Assembly: GCF_018977255.1 (NCBI RefSeq)
Contig: NW_024704742.1
Coordinates: forward strand, 46,192,001 to 46,256,000
Source: Callorhinchus milii
Lineage: Eukaryota
Reading direction: 5' to 3'
DNA length: 64,000 nucleotides
Below, piece by piece: positions 13,273 to 26,039 of this stretch. The translations under genes were made by a program, and so were the position numbers. The stretch's first letter is position 1; the number at the start of each line of letters is the position of its first letter. Under the pieces are notes generated by a model that saw only the letters and a program-made list of their open reading frames with translations, did not search any database and was not told the DNA's origin.

Positions 13273-14074
13273 CCATCTGAACAGACAGATGGGATATTGG
13301 TTTAACATCTCATCCAAAGGACAACACTTCCAACAAAACAACATTTTCCCAACACTGGACTGGTGTGTCAGCTGAGACTATGAGCTCAAACGTGCATTGA
13401 ATCCACAATCTTCTGACCCAGAGACAAGAGTGCTACCAACTAAGCCAGGCTAACAGACAGTAATAAACTGAGTCAGAAAAGCAAGAGTTCGAACTGGAAC
13501 ATAGATTTTATTTTAGTACTTTTAATGGGTCAATTTAGTGGTAAATGCAATACTTAGCACATTCAAATATGCCCAAATGTATGTATACACTCGAGAATCT
13601 AGAGTGCTATCTTCAATGGTGAAGTTTGTGAAGTTCAATAAACGAAAAACTCAAAAAGACAGTATGATGCTAGCCAAGTCAGAATCGTCAAGTCAGAAGT
13701 CCAAACCCCAGAGCACTGCTTAATGAATTTAACCATTGAAAACACACTGGGGAGTGGTGGTGCATGATATATAACTTCAGGTACATTTATTGCACTAGGC
13801 ACTAAACATTGACCCCAGTGTTGCATTGAAAGAGCAGCTCTTGACACATTCAGTATTTTTGTCCCTCTAAGAAGTGAAGGCTTTGGCTTGTGTTGTTATA
13901 ATTACCATGAGAAATAATTAACTGACTGGGTTTTGCTTGTATTCTGTGCATTGGGACTGACAGATATGTGATAATTATCAGTGGTGATAATGCAGGAAGT
14001 GCTTGTAATGTCAAGAACATAGCAAAGCATTTTGAGACCATCTCACGCTGAAAGCAAAGCACAACATCAACATG

Positions 14075-14232
14075 TTAAGAGGAAAGTTGAGGCATTCATG
14101 AGGGAGGAAGGTAATAGAGAGGTATAGGAGAGTGAAACAGGAGGTTTGGAGACTCATAAGAAGCATCAACACCGGCCGGACTGGTGAGCCAAATGGTCTG
14201 TTTTCGTGCCATGACCTTCTATGTAGCTCTAT
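14075..14232 (+). mobile_element. CR1-type 3' tail fragment
   Basis: AGCATCAACACCGGCCGGACTGGTGAGCCAAATGGTCTGTTTTCGTGC..TTCTATG. Confidence 0.65.
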
Positions 14233-14894
14233 ATAATAAACCATGACTGGGTTTCAGGATATTCACATGTTTTACTGCCACAGTGTTTGTTTCAGCATCA
14301 CAGTTGAAGCATTATAAAGCCAGGTGGCCCAAGGTCACAAGAATGCCCTAGAAGTAGCCTATGAGTTAAGAAATATTTTCTTTAAAATGTCCAAGCTGAT
14401 ACAATCATTTTTGGTAAACAACGCTGGTAACTCCTGTGATCCCAAATTATTTAATATGTTATCTCTGACCAACTGTTGGATTATCTAGCCGAATGATAGC
14501 TCTTTAAATTATAATGCACAGGTTTGGCCCTGCAAAATATAAGCACCATGTAAATTCTCACAAACCTCTTATGTATTTGCTCAGTTATATATTACAGCCT
14601 GATAATGCATTATTCATGTTGTTGAAACTGCCTTTGAAATGCAGAAAAAAGTAAATCCCCTGTAAACACTTAAGCAGCCTGCACGGGGGAAGGAGAATTA
14701 AGGTAAGCAAATATTTCCATTGAGGGGAGTGCTGCCATTTATAAGGACACTTCCATCTCTGAATTTTTCCTGCTATGCATTTTGATTTCACATTTTGAGC
14801 ATCTGGAGACTCTCTGGGTAAAATATGTTTCAAAGTGCACTTCAAGGTCACAAATTATTTCTGTAATTATGAACACAGTTCTATCTTTTTAGGC

Positions 14895-15028
14895 AAAACA
14901 CAAAATACTGCAGATGTTGGAAATCTGAAAACAAAAACTGAAGTCGCTGGGAACACTCAGCAGGTCAGATAGTATCTATGAGAAAGGAAAGTGAGTCAAC
15001 ATTTCATGTCCACGACCCTTTGTCAGAA
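14895..15028 (-). mobile_element. Penelope-like element terminal-repeat fragment with a decayed hammerhead motif
   Basis: AAATACTGCAGATGTTGGAAATCTGAAA..CTCAGCAGGTCAG resembles chondrichthyan Penelope ends (recalled); minus strand reads CTGACAA-AGGGTC-GTG-GACAT-GAAA-TGTT. Confidence 0.7.
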
Positions 15029-15377
15029 ATCTAATTCTTTTTAGTGATACTTCATAAACAGGAATTGATTATAAACAGGAATTGATGATATTTCCCAAAT
15101 CGAGTCGTGAGTATGCCCAACCTTATGGAAAATTGTATTTCTTCCAATGTTGACACTGGTAGCTCAGGAGGCAGAGAAAAACAGAACACACACTGAGCAA
15201 CCTATGGCCAATACATGGCACTTCTAACACAAAACAAAAATGTCAATTTTCTCTTTTTCATAATATTATCATATAATGTAAACTATAATTTTTATTTTAA
15301 CTACAATTAATCCTGTGAAACATTACCAATATGTTAAGTGATTTCTCCTTCACAAGAAATATCTGACAGAGAAGTTG

Positions 15378-15975
15378 GTGTCAGTTTCGCTCAGTTTGTA
15401 GATTCTCACCTCTGAGTCACAAGGTTATGAGTTCAAGTTCCATATTGGGACTTTGAACTCACATAGTGTAGGCTGAAACTCCAATGCAGTCCTGGGAGTA
15501 TCTTTCATTGTTTGAGTTGCCATTTGTTGGATACTCATTAAGACAATAATGAACAATTGACTAGGACCAATGGAAGGGGATCAGGAGGTAGAAAAGCAGA
15601 AAGCAGGAAGAACTGACCAGAGGGCTTTTGATTGGACTGTTTGATGTTGTGAGCTGAAATAAAAGAATGTTCTACACATTGTTGAAAACATAGCACTGTT
15701 GTTTAGATGAAATGTTAAATTGAGATGGGGTCTGCCTGTTTAGATGGATGTTAAAATTCCCATGGCACTAATCAATAAATGGAGATTATGAGTGTCCTGG
15801 CCAACAATCCCCCAATAAAATTGATTGTTTGCTTTATAGTGCTTGGGGGACATTCCTGTGTACAAGTTGGATCTGCATTCACCTACAAAAACAATTAACA
15901 GTAAATCTTCTGAAGTGTTTTGAGATTTCCAACTGATGTGAAAAGGTGCTGTACTAAATGTAAGGATTATTATAT
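15378..15975 (+). mobile_element. Older SacSINE1-like SINE in two pieces (head ~15378-15530, body/tail ~15690-15975)
   Basis: Head GCTCAGTTTGTAGATTCTCACCTCTGAGTCACAAGG; body GATGAAATGTTAAA..; tail AAATGTAAGGATTATTAT. Confidence 0.7.
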
Positions 15976-16317
15976 TAAACTCCAGCAATATTGCACTTAT
16001 TTACAGTGCCTTGGGACGTCCTCCCGATGTGAAAGGCGGTCTATAAATGGAATCTTGTTGTTGTTATGTTTAAGGAATGCTGCATTCTCATGAACCATTC
16101 CATCTACAACTTGGCTCAAGCCAAGAAATAAAATCATTTCACTCAGGAATGACAAAATCAAGTATTAGACTGCCCTTGTAATGCCAATCACTCCTAAAGC
16201 ATTGTGGAGACAATACTCTTACTATGGTAACACCATGTCTTTCCCTTGTAGACAATTATTTGTGTTTTCATGAGGATACTGAATGGAAAGATGCCAAATG
16301 TTGATACCATTGGCCAA

Positions 16318-16507
16318 AATAATAATAATTTGGTCACTCAATCCATGACTCTTTGTGGGACACTGCTGTGTGCCACAAACTGCTGTGGCATTTCCCCCAC
16401 AAAATATACAATCAATTTACTTTACAGTGTATTCTGTGAAGTGTTTTGAGACATCTCAAAGATGTAATAAAGATGTAATATCAAATGCTAGGATTATTAT
16501 TATTATT
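16318..16507 (+). mobile_element. Young-family SINE, 3' half
   Basis: Core TTTGTGGGACACTGCTGTG and (ATT)n tail. Confidence 0.85.
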
Positions 16508-17032
16508 AACTGCTGAAATGCAAATAAGATGTGGGCACAGGCATTAGCCTGGTTGATTTACGTGTATAGTTATAGTGAATCCCTGTCACTAATTGATGAT
16601 GAGGACATTGCTGGACAAGAAAGACTGAGAACATGATTAGATCCACTGAAGTGTTTTCTTTTCCTGGCTGGATTTTACATTGTAATCTTGAAGAGGACCA
16701 AAAATACGCTGCTGAGAGAAAATTCAATAGGATTTAGAAAAATGTAATTATGTGTGGACACAGTAGCTTTTTCTGGTAGGTAGTATAAAGAAGCATAGAA
16801 TCTCAGTTAGTTGTATTTAAGTAAGATTTCATGACATCCATTAACTAGCAGAACAGATTTGTAACGGGCAATATCAGCATGATCAGTTAACTCTGATTAT
16901 TAAGTATTGCTTTGTAAATTGATGCACGTCACATACTGAAGTGGCGGAATGGAAATAAAGCAGGAAGATAGTGCATGTTTTGAAATAATGGTAATGTAAT
17001 TATTGATAGCAAAAGCGAGTTGACATACTCTC

Positions 17033-18935
17033 CAACAACAACAAAATTACATTTGTAAAGTGCCTTTCACGTCAGGAGGAAGTCCCAAGGAGCTGGGCAG
17101 ACTGAGTTACAGACCTGAGTTGGGGTTTGGGGTCAGGGAGGGTGGAGGACAGGGGGGGGATGCAGGGAGATCAAACGTATGGTAGAGGAGTATGGTCTTG
17201 AGATGGGTCTTGAAAGTGGCAAGGGAGGGGGTGAGATGGAGGGACTGCGGGAGATGCTGTTCCAGAGGGTGGGGAAGGAGAGTGGCAGAAGGCCCACCCA
17301 CCAATAGTGGGGTGAGCGAGACGGGGGATGTGAAGCAGGCTGGAGCCTGCTGAGTGGAGGGAACGGGTAGGATGTTAGGGGGTTAGGAGGTCGCAGAGGT
17401 AGAGGGGGTGTAACACTGTGGAGGGCTTTGAAGGTGAGGACCAGGATCTTGAACTGTATCCTATGTGTGATGTGAAGGCAGTGGTGTTGGGCAAGAATGG
17501 GTGTGATAGGGGCGCGGAGCCTAGTGCGGGAAAGGACACAGGCTGCAGATTTCTGGATGATCTGCAGCCTGTGGAGAGAGGAGTTGGGGAGGCTGACAAG
17601 CAATGAGTTTGCAGAGTCGAGCCCCAATGTAATGAAAGCATGTATGAGGGTTTCAGCGGCCTGCAGTATGAGACAATGGAGGAGCCGGGCAACGTTGCGG
17701 AGGTACGGGAAGATAGAGCGGGTCATGGCTCAGATAATAATAATAATCCTTGCATTTGTTATAGCGCTTTTCACGTCTTCTAGACATCTCAAAGCGCTTC
17801 ACAGAATATGCTGTAAAGTGAATTGACCGTGTATTTGTGGATGAAACACGGCAGCCAATTGCACACAGCAGTGTCCCACAAACAGTCATGGATTGAAAAT
17901 AACTAATTCATTATTGTTTTGTTTTGGAGGGATTATTATTAGGTGTATGGAGTAAGGAAACTTGCTCAAGGTTTCGCCCTGTGTGGTAGAAAGGATACTT
18001 GAGGATCAAACAAGACCTCAAGGTTCTGGACCGGCTCAGTGAGGTGGAGTGTGCAACCGTGGATGGTGATGCTGTCAGTGCCTGAGGTGTGATGGTGCTG
18101 ACGAGAGACAATCAGGAGAGCCTCGGTCTTGTTGATATTGAACTGTAGAAAGTTAGCTCTCATCCAGGACTTGATGTCTGACAGACATTCTGTCAGTACA
18201 GCAGTGGTCCTGGAGTCGAGGGTGAAGGCAGAGAGATAGAGTTGGGTGTCATCCGCATACATGTGGAAGTTGACCCCATGTCTAAGGATGATGTCACCAA
18301 TACTGAGCATATAGATATTGAAGAGGAGGGGACCAAGGATAGAACCCTGAGGAACGCCACATGACATGGTGCTGGGGCTAATGGAGAAACCATTTCTGGA
18401 GATGAAGTGCAGGCGGCGTGAGAGCTATGATCTAAACCATTCAAGAATAGAACTGTGAAGGTTGAGTGAGAGGAGAGGGGGTGGATGAGGATAGAGTGGT
18501 CAATGGTGTCAAAGGTAGCAGAGAGGTCAAGGAGGACGAGGAGGCAGAGCGAGCCTTGGTCGCAGATGGACAAAATGTCATTTGTCACTTTGACCAGGGC
18601 TGTTTCTGTCCTGTGGGTGGCACTGAAACTCGATTGGAGTGGTTCCTAAAGGGAATGGCGGGAGAGGAAGTAGCAAACTGAGAGGCAACAACTCGTTCCA
18701 GGACCTTGGAGAGGAAGTGGAGATTGGAGATGGTGTGGTAGTTTGAAGTAGAGAAGGGTCCAAGGAGTGTTTTTTAAGGATAAGAGTGATGACGGCATTT
18801 TTTAATGGGGTGGGAACAGTACCGGAGGACAGGGAAAGGTTTATGATGTCAGTGAGTATAGGGGCAAGGAAGTGGAGCTGGGAGGTAAAGGAGAGGGATA
18901 GGGATGGGTTTGAGGGAGCAGGTGGTCGGTTTCAT
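17033..18935 (-). mobile_element. L2 LINE, ~1.65 kb of 3' portion including the RT domain, interrupted by a SINE
   Basis: Minus ORFs LVLLDLSATFDTIDHSIL, CGVPQGSILGPLLFNIYM..YADDTQLY, ETLIHAFIT..LQIIQKSAA..RIQFKILVLTFKALH; (TTG)n tail at ~17033. Confidence 0.95.
17734..17980 (-). mobile_element. Young-family SINE (head-truncated) nested in the L2
   Basis: (AAT)n CCTTGCATTTG..GGAAACTTGCTCAAGGTTTCGCCCT; the L2 flanks rejoin as in the uninterrupted copy at ~63920-63950. Confidence 0.9.
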
Positions 18936-19594
18936 GTAGGTGAATTTCTCACCCATTTTAAGAATTCTCCTGTGTGTTCAGGCTGCAGCTCAGTGAAAGA
19001 TTTGTCATGTTGGAAGCATTTTTTAATAGCAGGCTTTCACAGTTCAGCTGTGGAATTGGTCAATAACTTCAATTAGTTCCTCATTTATTCCTCACATTGT
19101 GAGCCTCACAGAGATCACTAAATTGTAGCTGAAACCAATGGTGCTTTGTGGTGCTGTAAATTACATGACAACTTGAACTGAATTCACATGACTCTTCTCA
19201 GCTGTTGCCGCCACTGAGAGGTATCAATCACCTTCAGCAAGGCTGAATATGAGCATACATTCCAGAGGTGAAGTTTAGTGGTTGTGAGCGCTGAGCCTCA
19301 CTACAAAGATTTCAGATAAAACCAACACAACCTTCTCAACATACTTGATTCAGAATTTACATTTAAAAGCATCTTGATAATCATGTTAAAGCAAAATGGG
19401 CTACTCGTTAATTGCACGTTTTCAATCAAATCAATAAAAATAAAAAAAGCCCGTAATGTACTGTATATTGTCCAACAAGCAATCTTCTCTCTAAATGATA
19501 GTTTGGATTGTTTATTGCTGTGCTGCTTAACTTTTTGTCAAGTGTCACAAGCCAAAATCATTATAAGATAGTTTCCAGGTGCTGAATTCAATTA

Positions 19595-20155
19595 AAAGGG
19601 CTAATGGGAATCTTGTGCTTTTTAACAAGGGGTACATGTAAAAGCATAGTGCTGATGCAGCTATACAGAGTGCTGTATTTGGAGTATTGTTTGTCCAACA
19701 TTAGAAAAGATATAAACCAGTCTTGGAGTTTCTTCATTGACAATTTATCTGAGTATTGTCTGACATAAAGGGATTCAGTTATGGCTAAGAGGCTCAGTAA
19801 ACTTCTAAGTTATATTGCCTTGAATTGATGTGATAGATATTTAAAATAATGAAGGGAACTGACAAACTAGACATGGGATGATTCTTCACTCTGTAGAGGA
19901 TCCAAAAAGGAGACATAATATTAAAATAAGCGCTAATCCGATTAGAAGAAAGGAGAAAATATTTCTTCGCACAGAGTTATGAAAATGCAGAAAGATGGAG
20001 ATGCAGAATCCATTAAGATGTTTAAATGGAAGATATACACAATGAATGTGAACATGTTAGGTAATAATGATGTGGAGAAATGGGATTTAAAAAAATCCAT
20101 GGCGTAATAACTGGATAGAATAAGCTTGATGGACTGAATGGCTTCTTACTGTTCA
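19595..20155 (+). mobile_element. Ancient CR1/L3-like 3' fragment
   Basis: Decayed TTGGAGTATTGT, TTTAAAATAATGAAGGG, TTCTTCGCACAGAG and GGACTGAATGGCTTCTT CR1 hallmarks. Confidence 0.7.
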
Positions 20156-21384
20156 CGTGAAGCAATGTTCTACTGAAAGCTCACTGTAATGAATGATCCA
20201 AGCCTGCAGTGTGGAGTAATAGGCCATGATTGTGTTTGCATATAGGAACACCTGATTTCATTCATTCTAGCCCAGATGTTTGAAGTGGAGAACGTGCAGA
20301 TACCTTCAGAAAGAGGAGAAATGCATAGGATTTCTAATTGAATTAAAACTAACCATATGTTTTTGCTTTTTGAATGCTGAAAGAAACCTGTTTTTTATGA
20401 GCATCTGCTTCTTTCTCTCACTGGGTAACAGAAGAAAGGAAACTTTATTGAATACATCACTGATAACAAGATATGGCTGGACAGATCATGTATAGGCTCA
20501 GAGACACATGGAGCAGCAGGTTTATCGAGCACCACATGTGAAATTGAACCAAGCAACAATAACCCTTGGTCTTTATCTGAGTGCCTCTGATTTAAAGTAA
20601 CTCTATTTATGTTTCTGTACATTAACTTGACCTTTTGAAATTATTAAAACATTTGCATAGCATTTACGTTCAATCAGAACATATTTGATACCATAATGGG
20701 CTGGTAAAATTATAATGTATCACTTAATCTACAATCTCCCCCTAACAAAAACCAATTTCTAACCGAGTAATATTTCACAGAAGTTTGTCTTCAATGCAAA
20801 ATTTCAAAGGCTTTGTTTACACTCTTGGCTCAACTCAGTATAAATCTTTCAGTTTGGGTCCCACACTCTGAGGCATTTGCAATAACATTACCTTTAGCTT
20901 CTCTATTATTCTACTCACTGTAACAGCAGTTTTCAGTTAAGTATAGCTGTGGGGCAGTTTCTCATTCCAGTCGATGTTTGCCGCACTCAAAGTATTAATC
21001 ATTTTCAAAAGCTGCCAGATCAACCTGCAGCAAATAAATAAAAACACAAAGGCCAGAAACACTCTGAAGAATTCTAAATCTTAAAATTGTTGAAGTCCTT
21101 ACAAGCATTTTAAGGACTAGAACAACTCAAACACAATCACCCCCATTCGATTAATAGACATATTAAAAAAAAGTTGTATTGTTACCTGACTGAATGCTCA
21201 TCCCTTTCTTAGCATGGTATTATTTATGTTTAATTGGCATTTAGAAGCATGATCCCCCACCCAACTCCATCTTACATTTTTGGTAACTTTTCATTTGTAA
21301 TTTTGAAACACTGAAAGCAGCAAAAATATAATTTAAAAAAATTGCATCTATCCAATTTATTTTTCTGTTAAATTTTGTTTTCCA

Positions 21385-21750
21385 ATTCTTTTTCTGATGC
21401 TCTCCCCAGTGTGGCATATGGTCTCCTCTTGCCAGGGTACATGCATTTGTTGCACTCTGATATCTCTTTCGCGAGGTTATTGCTCATGCATGAGCTTTGG
21501 CAGGGAGTATTGGCAAACCATTCAACTGTCAAGGGCCTCACAACCAAGCCTGGCCTCTCCCCACCCACTTGCCATGTGCACATACAACCAGTAGAGGGAC
21601 TATGGCCTGATTTCCCTAACTTCTTAACCCTGGTGAGGTTTGAGCCAATTTAGATTCCCTTTGCAACCCTGGCTGAGACCAATAAACTCAGCATGGAGCA
21701 GATTCAAACCAGTGAGCTCCTGATTTGTAAACTGCAGCACCATTAGGGCT
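21385..21750 (-). mobile_element. Ancient tRNA-derived SINE of a third family (unnamed)
   Basis: Minus strand GGTTTGAATC (B-box like) followed by GCTGAGTTTATTGGTCTCAGCCAGGG, resembling a recalled shark SINE. Confidence 0.5.
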
Positions 21751-21989
21751 TTCCCTATTCAATTATTTTAGGCCATTAATACAGGTTATAGGCAAAGATA
21801 TTATCTTAATGGCATTTGATCCATGGCTAGAACTCTTGTGTGTTTACGGAGGGGGATATAAAATGATTAAGGTCATCCATGAAAAATAGAAGAATCCACA
21901 GCTGTACCAATCTATGTCTGAAATCTGTTTATGACCATAACCATTGTTAATCCAAGTAAATCTGTCAAGTGTCACTGGCCAATGATAAG

Positions 21990-22700
21990 CAAAGTTCAAA
22001 GCTCAAAGAATTCAGGCATCAGACTCTTGATAAAAGATACTGAACGTGTATGTTAAACTACTATCTCCTCTCCTTGAACCAAGTTCTAGCATATTTTGGT
22101 CCAGGTGATTGCTGCATACAAGAGGAGATCAACAGGTTGGTGCATTAATTGTCAGCTCCACTAAAATCTCCAGTGGGAGTCCTATTAAACAAAGTAGTGT
22201 AACTAAATCTTTATAGTTTCCTGTAAAAGACTTGAATTACAAAATCATGGCCCTGCAGTGCTGGATCCAAGACAGAGGCATCATATGTGAAGAGCCTGCC
22301 AGTTTTCCCACAGCTACTTGAACATCTATCATGTACAGGAGAATTGCAGTGATGAAGCCAGATTGGCAATTAGCCCTCTCTCCAGCGATTACTAACAGAT
22401 TTGTGCAGCTGATAAACAGATTTCAGAGCCTAGAAGGTGGCAATTTCCAACTGGTTCCTTAATAAGAACTCCAAGTCACAAATAGAGGCTCATCCTGGTA
22501 ACTAGAAGTATGACACACCAACCCACAGAAACTCTACTCAAACATGATCCATTTCTGGAGTAGAGATTTTATGGGCTGGAACGACATACTCTCCAAATCC
22601 CATTGATGGCTGGAGCCTCTGTTCAAGAATCCCGTAAGAAAACCTTTTGTTTTAGATCCCATTCCTACCAACCCTACTCCAATACGGGTCTCAATCCTTA
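21990..22700 (+). mobile_element. Highly decayed L1/Tx1-like ORF2 fragment (post-RT region)
   Basis: Translated remnants DLNYKIMALQCWIQ, KSLPVFPQL and WLEPLFKNP resemble Tx1 EPLFxNP-region motifs. Confidence 0.35.
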
Positions 22701-23109
22701 TCTCTCTCAGATGTTTACAGCTTGTTTTGTGCACAGAAGTAAAATAAAATAGCTTAAGGAAACCATTCTAAATCATGACCTGAACAAAAGTCAAAATAAA
22801 TTTCAGAAATGGAAGTCCTTAACCTTAAATGAACTTAGCTATGGTGCTCAGGGTATGAAGGAAATATCAAATTTAAAGATGCCAATAACAATTTCCTGTT
22901 TCAATGCTAAATCCCATAAATTGAAGATTGTTGATATATTATTCATAAACCATTTGAGAAGTACAAAATATTTAGTTACATTCTAGATATTATAATCACA
23001 TAAAATGATTTGAATCATCCAGTACTTTTAATTGAAAAACAGTACTATGCTTCACAGTGATAATTTCAATTTATAGAGCAGACTTAATATAGAATTAAAT
23101 CTTGGAGTG

Positions 23110-24000
23110 CTTTCAGAGACAGTGGTGGAAGAGGTGAGCAAAAAGATAAATATAGCAATGTAGGGTTTTAGGCGGCGTTTCAAAATAGAGAGATGTGAGG
23201 GGTCGAAGACTGGAATTCCAGAGGTTGAGGGCATAGTGGCTGATGGCATAGCCACATATAGTGAGATAGACAGGCTGAGAAATTTGGTTAGCAGGCACAA
23301 ATTTGTAAATGGATGTGGCAAGAGGAGTGAGTCTGGAAGAGAACACAGAGGTAGGGAGCTGTGAGAGCAATCCATTGGGAAATAGAGATAAAGGCAAGTC
23401 TGGTGAGGACAGGGCATGCAAACGATGTAGGTAAGGATGAGGCAGTGTAGGAGAATGCAGCAGCCAATATGTGCATAGTAATATCCCACAAACAGCCATG
23501 AAACAAATGGCCAATTTTTGATTAGATGTATTGTTGGCCATGACACATGGAGAAGCTCCCCTCTCTTTTCAGGTTGTGCCATGGGATTGTTAGCATCTAC
23601 CTGAGCAGGTAGACAGGACCTCATTGAACATCTCTCCTGAAGGATGGCACCTCCAACAATACAACACACTTCCAGCACTGCGAAAGAGTGTCAGCATAAA
23701 CTAAGTGATTTCAAGTCATGGTGTGTGTCTTGAACCCATAACCTTCTAATTCACTGGTGAGAGTGTTACTAACTAGGCCAGATTAACATAGTGGAGATGA
23801 GGCACATGGTGAAGAGGGTAATTCAAAAGTTAAGTCTGGAGTAGACAAAATTATGACTGAGGGTTTTTGGCAGCATTGAGGCTGAGATAGGGACAGAGAT
23901 GGGCAATGTGGCAAACATGCATAAACATACACTTTGTCAGGGTGGCAATGAAGAGAGTTGAGGATTTCAGCTCAGGATCTTAAAGTTAAGCTTGTGCACT
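23110..24000 (-). mobile_element. Old L2 fragment interrupted by a SINE
   Basis: Minus AISHYALNLWNSS (L2 C-terminal AFS..AP.LWNSL) on the left; L2-like sequence resumes at ~23790. Confidence 0.65.
23450..23790 (-). mobile_element. Older SacSINE1-like SINE nested in the old L2
   Basis: GCAGCCAATATGTGCA..CCCACAAACAGC core; TTGAACCCATAACCTTCT..GAGAGTGTTACTAACT head. Confidence 0.8.
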
Positions 24001-24014
24001 GATTCTCTGAATTT

Positions 24015-24282
24015 ATTATTACAATAATAATAATCCTTGCATTTGATGTAATGCCTTATCACATCTTTGAGACGTCTCAAAGTGCTTCACAGAATTTACT
24101 GCATATTTTGTGGGTGAAACACAGCAGTCAATTGCGCACAGTATTGTCGCACAAACAGTAATAGATTGAGTGACCAAATTATTATTATTATTTTTGGAGG
24201 GATTATTATCCCTGGTGAATGATCTGCCGATCAACTTACTGCTAGGTAAACTGAGGTGGGTAAAGTAAGGAAACTTGCCTCA
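24015..24282 (-). mobile_element. Young-family SINE (head-truncated, long-internal subfamily)
   Basis: (AAT)n CCTTGCATTTG tail, core, ACTTACTGCTAGGTAAAC segment, AAGGAAACTTGCC. Confidence 0.88.
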
Positions 24283-24373
24283 ACCTTTGAGAAGCCGGGA
24301 AGGTTGAGAAAGTGTCCTTAATGTATACTTTGATTCCAATAAACAACATACACAACATTTTGCATTTATATAG

Positions 24374-26039
24374 AATAATAGAATTAGAATCTTAGAATTA
24401 TACAGCACTGAAGGAGACCATTCGGGCCATTGCGTCTTTGCCGGTTCTTAGAAAGGAGCTTTCCAATTTAATCCCACTCCCCCGCTCTCTCCCCATAGCC
24501 CTGCAAACTTGTCCTCCCCAAATAATTATCTACTTCTCTCAAAAGTTGTTATCAAATTAGCTTCCACCACCCTTTCAGGCAATGCATTCCAGATCCAAAC
24601 AACTCGCTGTGTGAAAAAATTACTCCTCACCTCTCCTCTGTTTCTTTTAACAACTGTTTTAAATCAGTGTCCTCGGGTTACCGACCCACCCACCAAAGGA
24701 AATAGTTTCTACTTGGTCACTGTATCGAATCCCCTCATAATTTTGAAAACTTCTATTAAGTCTCCTCTTAACCTTCTCTGTTCCAAGGAGAATAATCCCA
24801 GCTTCTCTAGCCTCTCCTGATATCTGAAGTATGCCAAGTATCATTCCTGGTACCATTCTGGTAAATCTCCTTTGCACCCTCTCCAATACCTTGACATACT
24901 TCCTAAAGTGTGGGGCCCAGAACTGAACACAGTCTCGAGCTGAGACCTAACAAGTGTTTTGTAAAGGTTCATCATAACTTCCTGACTTTTGTATTCTATG
25001 CCCTTATTTATAAATCCTTGTATCCCATATGCTTTTTTAACAGCTTTATCTACCTGTCCTGCCACCTTCAAAGATTTACTTATATGAGCCCCCAGGTCTC
25101 TCTGTTCCTTCACCCTCTTTAAGATTGTACCATCAGCTTATATTGCCCCTCATTCTTCCTCCCAAAATGCATCACATCTCTCCACATTAAACGTTATCTG
25201 CCACCTGTCGGCCCATTTTATCGTCTGTCTATGTCCATTTGCAGTCTGCTACTATCCTCCTCACTGTTTTCTACTTTTTCTAGCTTAGTATCATCTGCAA
25301 ACTTGGAAAGTGTACTCCCTGTACCCAAGTCCAGGTCATTTATATGGATCAAATACAGCAGTGGTCCCAATACTGACCCCTGGGAGACACCACCGCACAC
25401 TTCTCACGTCAGAAAATCAACCGTTCACCACCACTCTCTGCTTCTGTCTCCCAGCCAGTTCTGTATCCACGCTACAACTGTCTCTTTAATTCTATGGACT
25501 TCTATTTTACTTACAAGTCTCTTATGTGGCACTTCGTCAAACACCTTTTGAAAATCTAAATAAACTACATCAACTTCACTACCTTCATCCATCCTCTCCG
25601 TTACTTCATCAAAAAATTCTGGTATGATGGACATGATTTGCCTTTAACAAATCCGTGTAGGCTGTCCTTTATTAACCCATATTTATCTAAGCAAAAATGT
25701 ATTTTGTCCTGGATTATAGTCTCTAGAAGTTTCCCCACTACTGATGTTAGTCTGACTGGCCTGTGGTTCCTGGGTTTATCCTTTTGCCCCTTTTTGTACA
25801 GGGCAGTGACATTTGCAACCCTCCAGTCCTCTGGCACCACCCGGTTTCCAAGGACGATTGAATGGTTGTGTCCAGAACCTCTTTTATTTCCACCCTTATA
25901 GTAACCTAGGATGCACCCTGTCCGCACCGGGTGACTTATCTACCTTGAACAGCGAAAACCTTTTTAGTACCTCCTCTCAGTTTATTCTTATCTTATCCAA
26001 TTTTTCTACCCTCTCCTCTGATACTTTGGCATTGGCTGC
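24374..26039 (-). mobile_element. CR1 LINE, 5'-truncated 1.67 kb with ATATAG TSD
   Basis: Minus ORFs VPEDWRVANVTALYKKG..LTSVVGK, YLDFQKVFDEVPH, GVSQGSVLGPLLY..FADDTKL, ERVQRRFTRMVPG; TAGAAT repeat tail; ATATAG at 24368-24373 and 26040-26045. Confidence 0.95.

Larger units (their letters stand above)
11210..13450 (-). mobile_element. Older SacSINE1-like SINE split by a CR1 insertion (pieces ~11210-11344 and ~13273-13450)
   Basis: Left piece ends CCATGTGATCTCTAACA and right resumes CCATCTGAACAGACAG..GGTTTAACATCTCATCC; these are contiguous in unsplit copies such as 23450-23790. Confidence 0.75.

Noticed and set aside
15054..15086. 17-bp tandem duplication ATAAACAGGAATTGATT
   Set aside because: Ordinary local slippage duplication.
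16604..16636. Frame reads DIAGQERLRT, like the Rab G3 motif (WDIAGQERF)
   Set aside because: It lacks the preceding W and LQL, stops immediately after, and no other GTPase motif is nearby; treated as chance.
20431..20589. Open frame KKGNFIEYITDNKIWLDRSC... after taacAG
   Set aside because: No recognisable homology, a weak acceptor and no strong donor.
20892..21024. Minus-strand exon-like segment with a good acceptor and AAG|GTAATG donor
   Set aside because: All three frames contain stops; at best a non-coding exon, with no support.
23052..23678. Longest ORF in the track (208 aa)
   Set aside because: It is a read-through of SINE and L2 fragments with no coherent protein.
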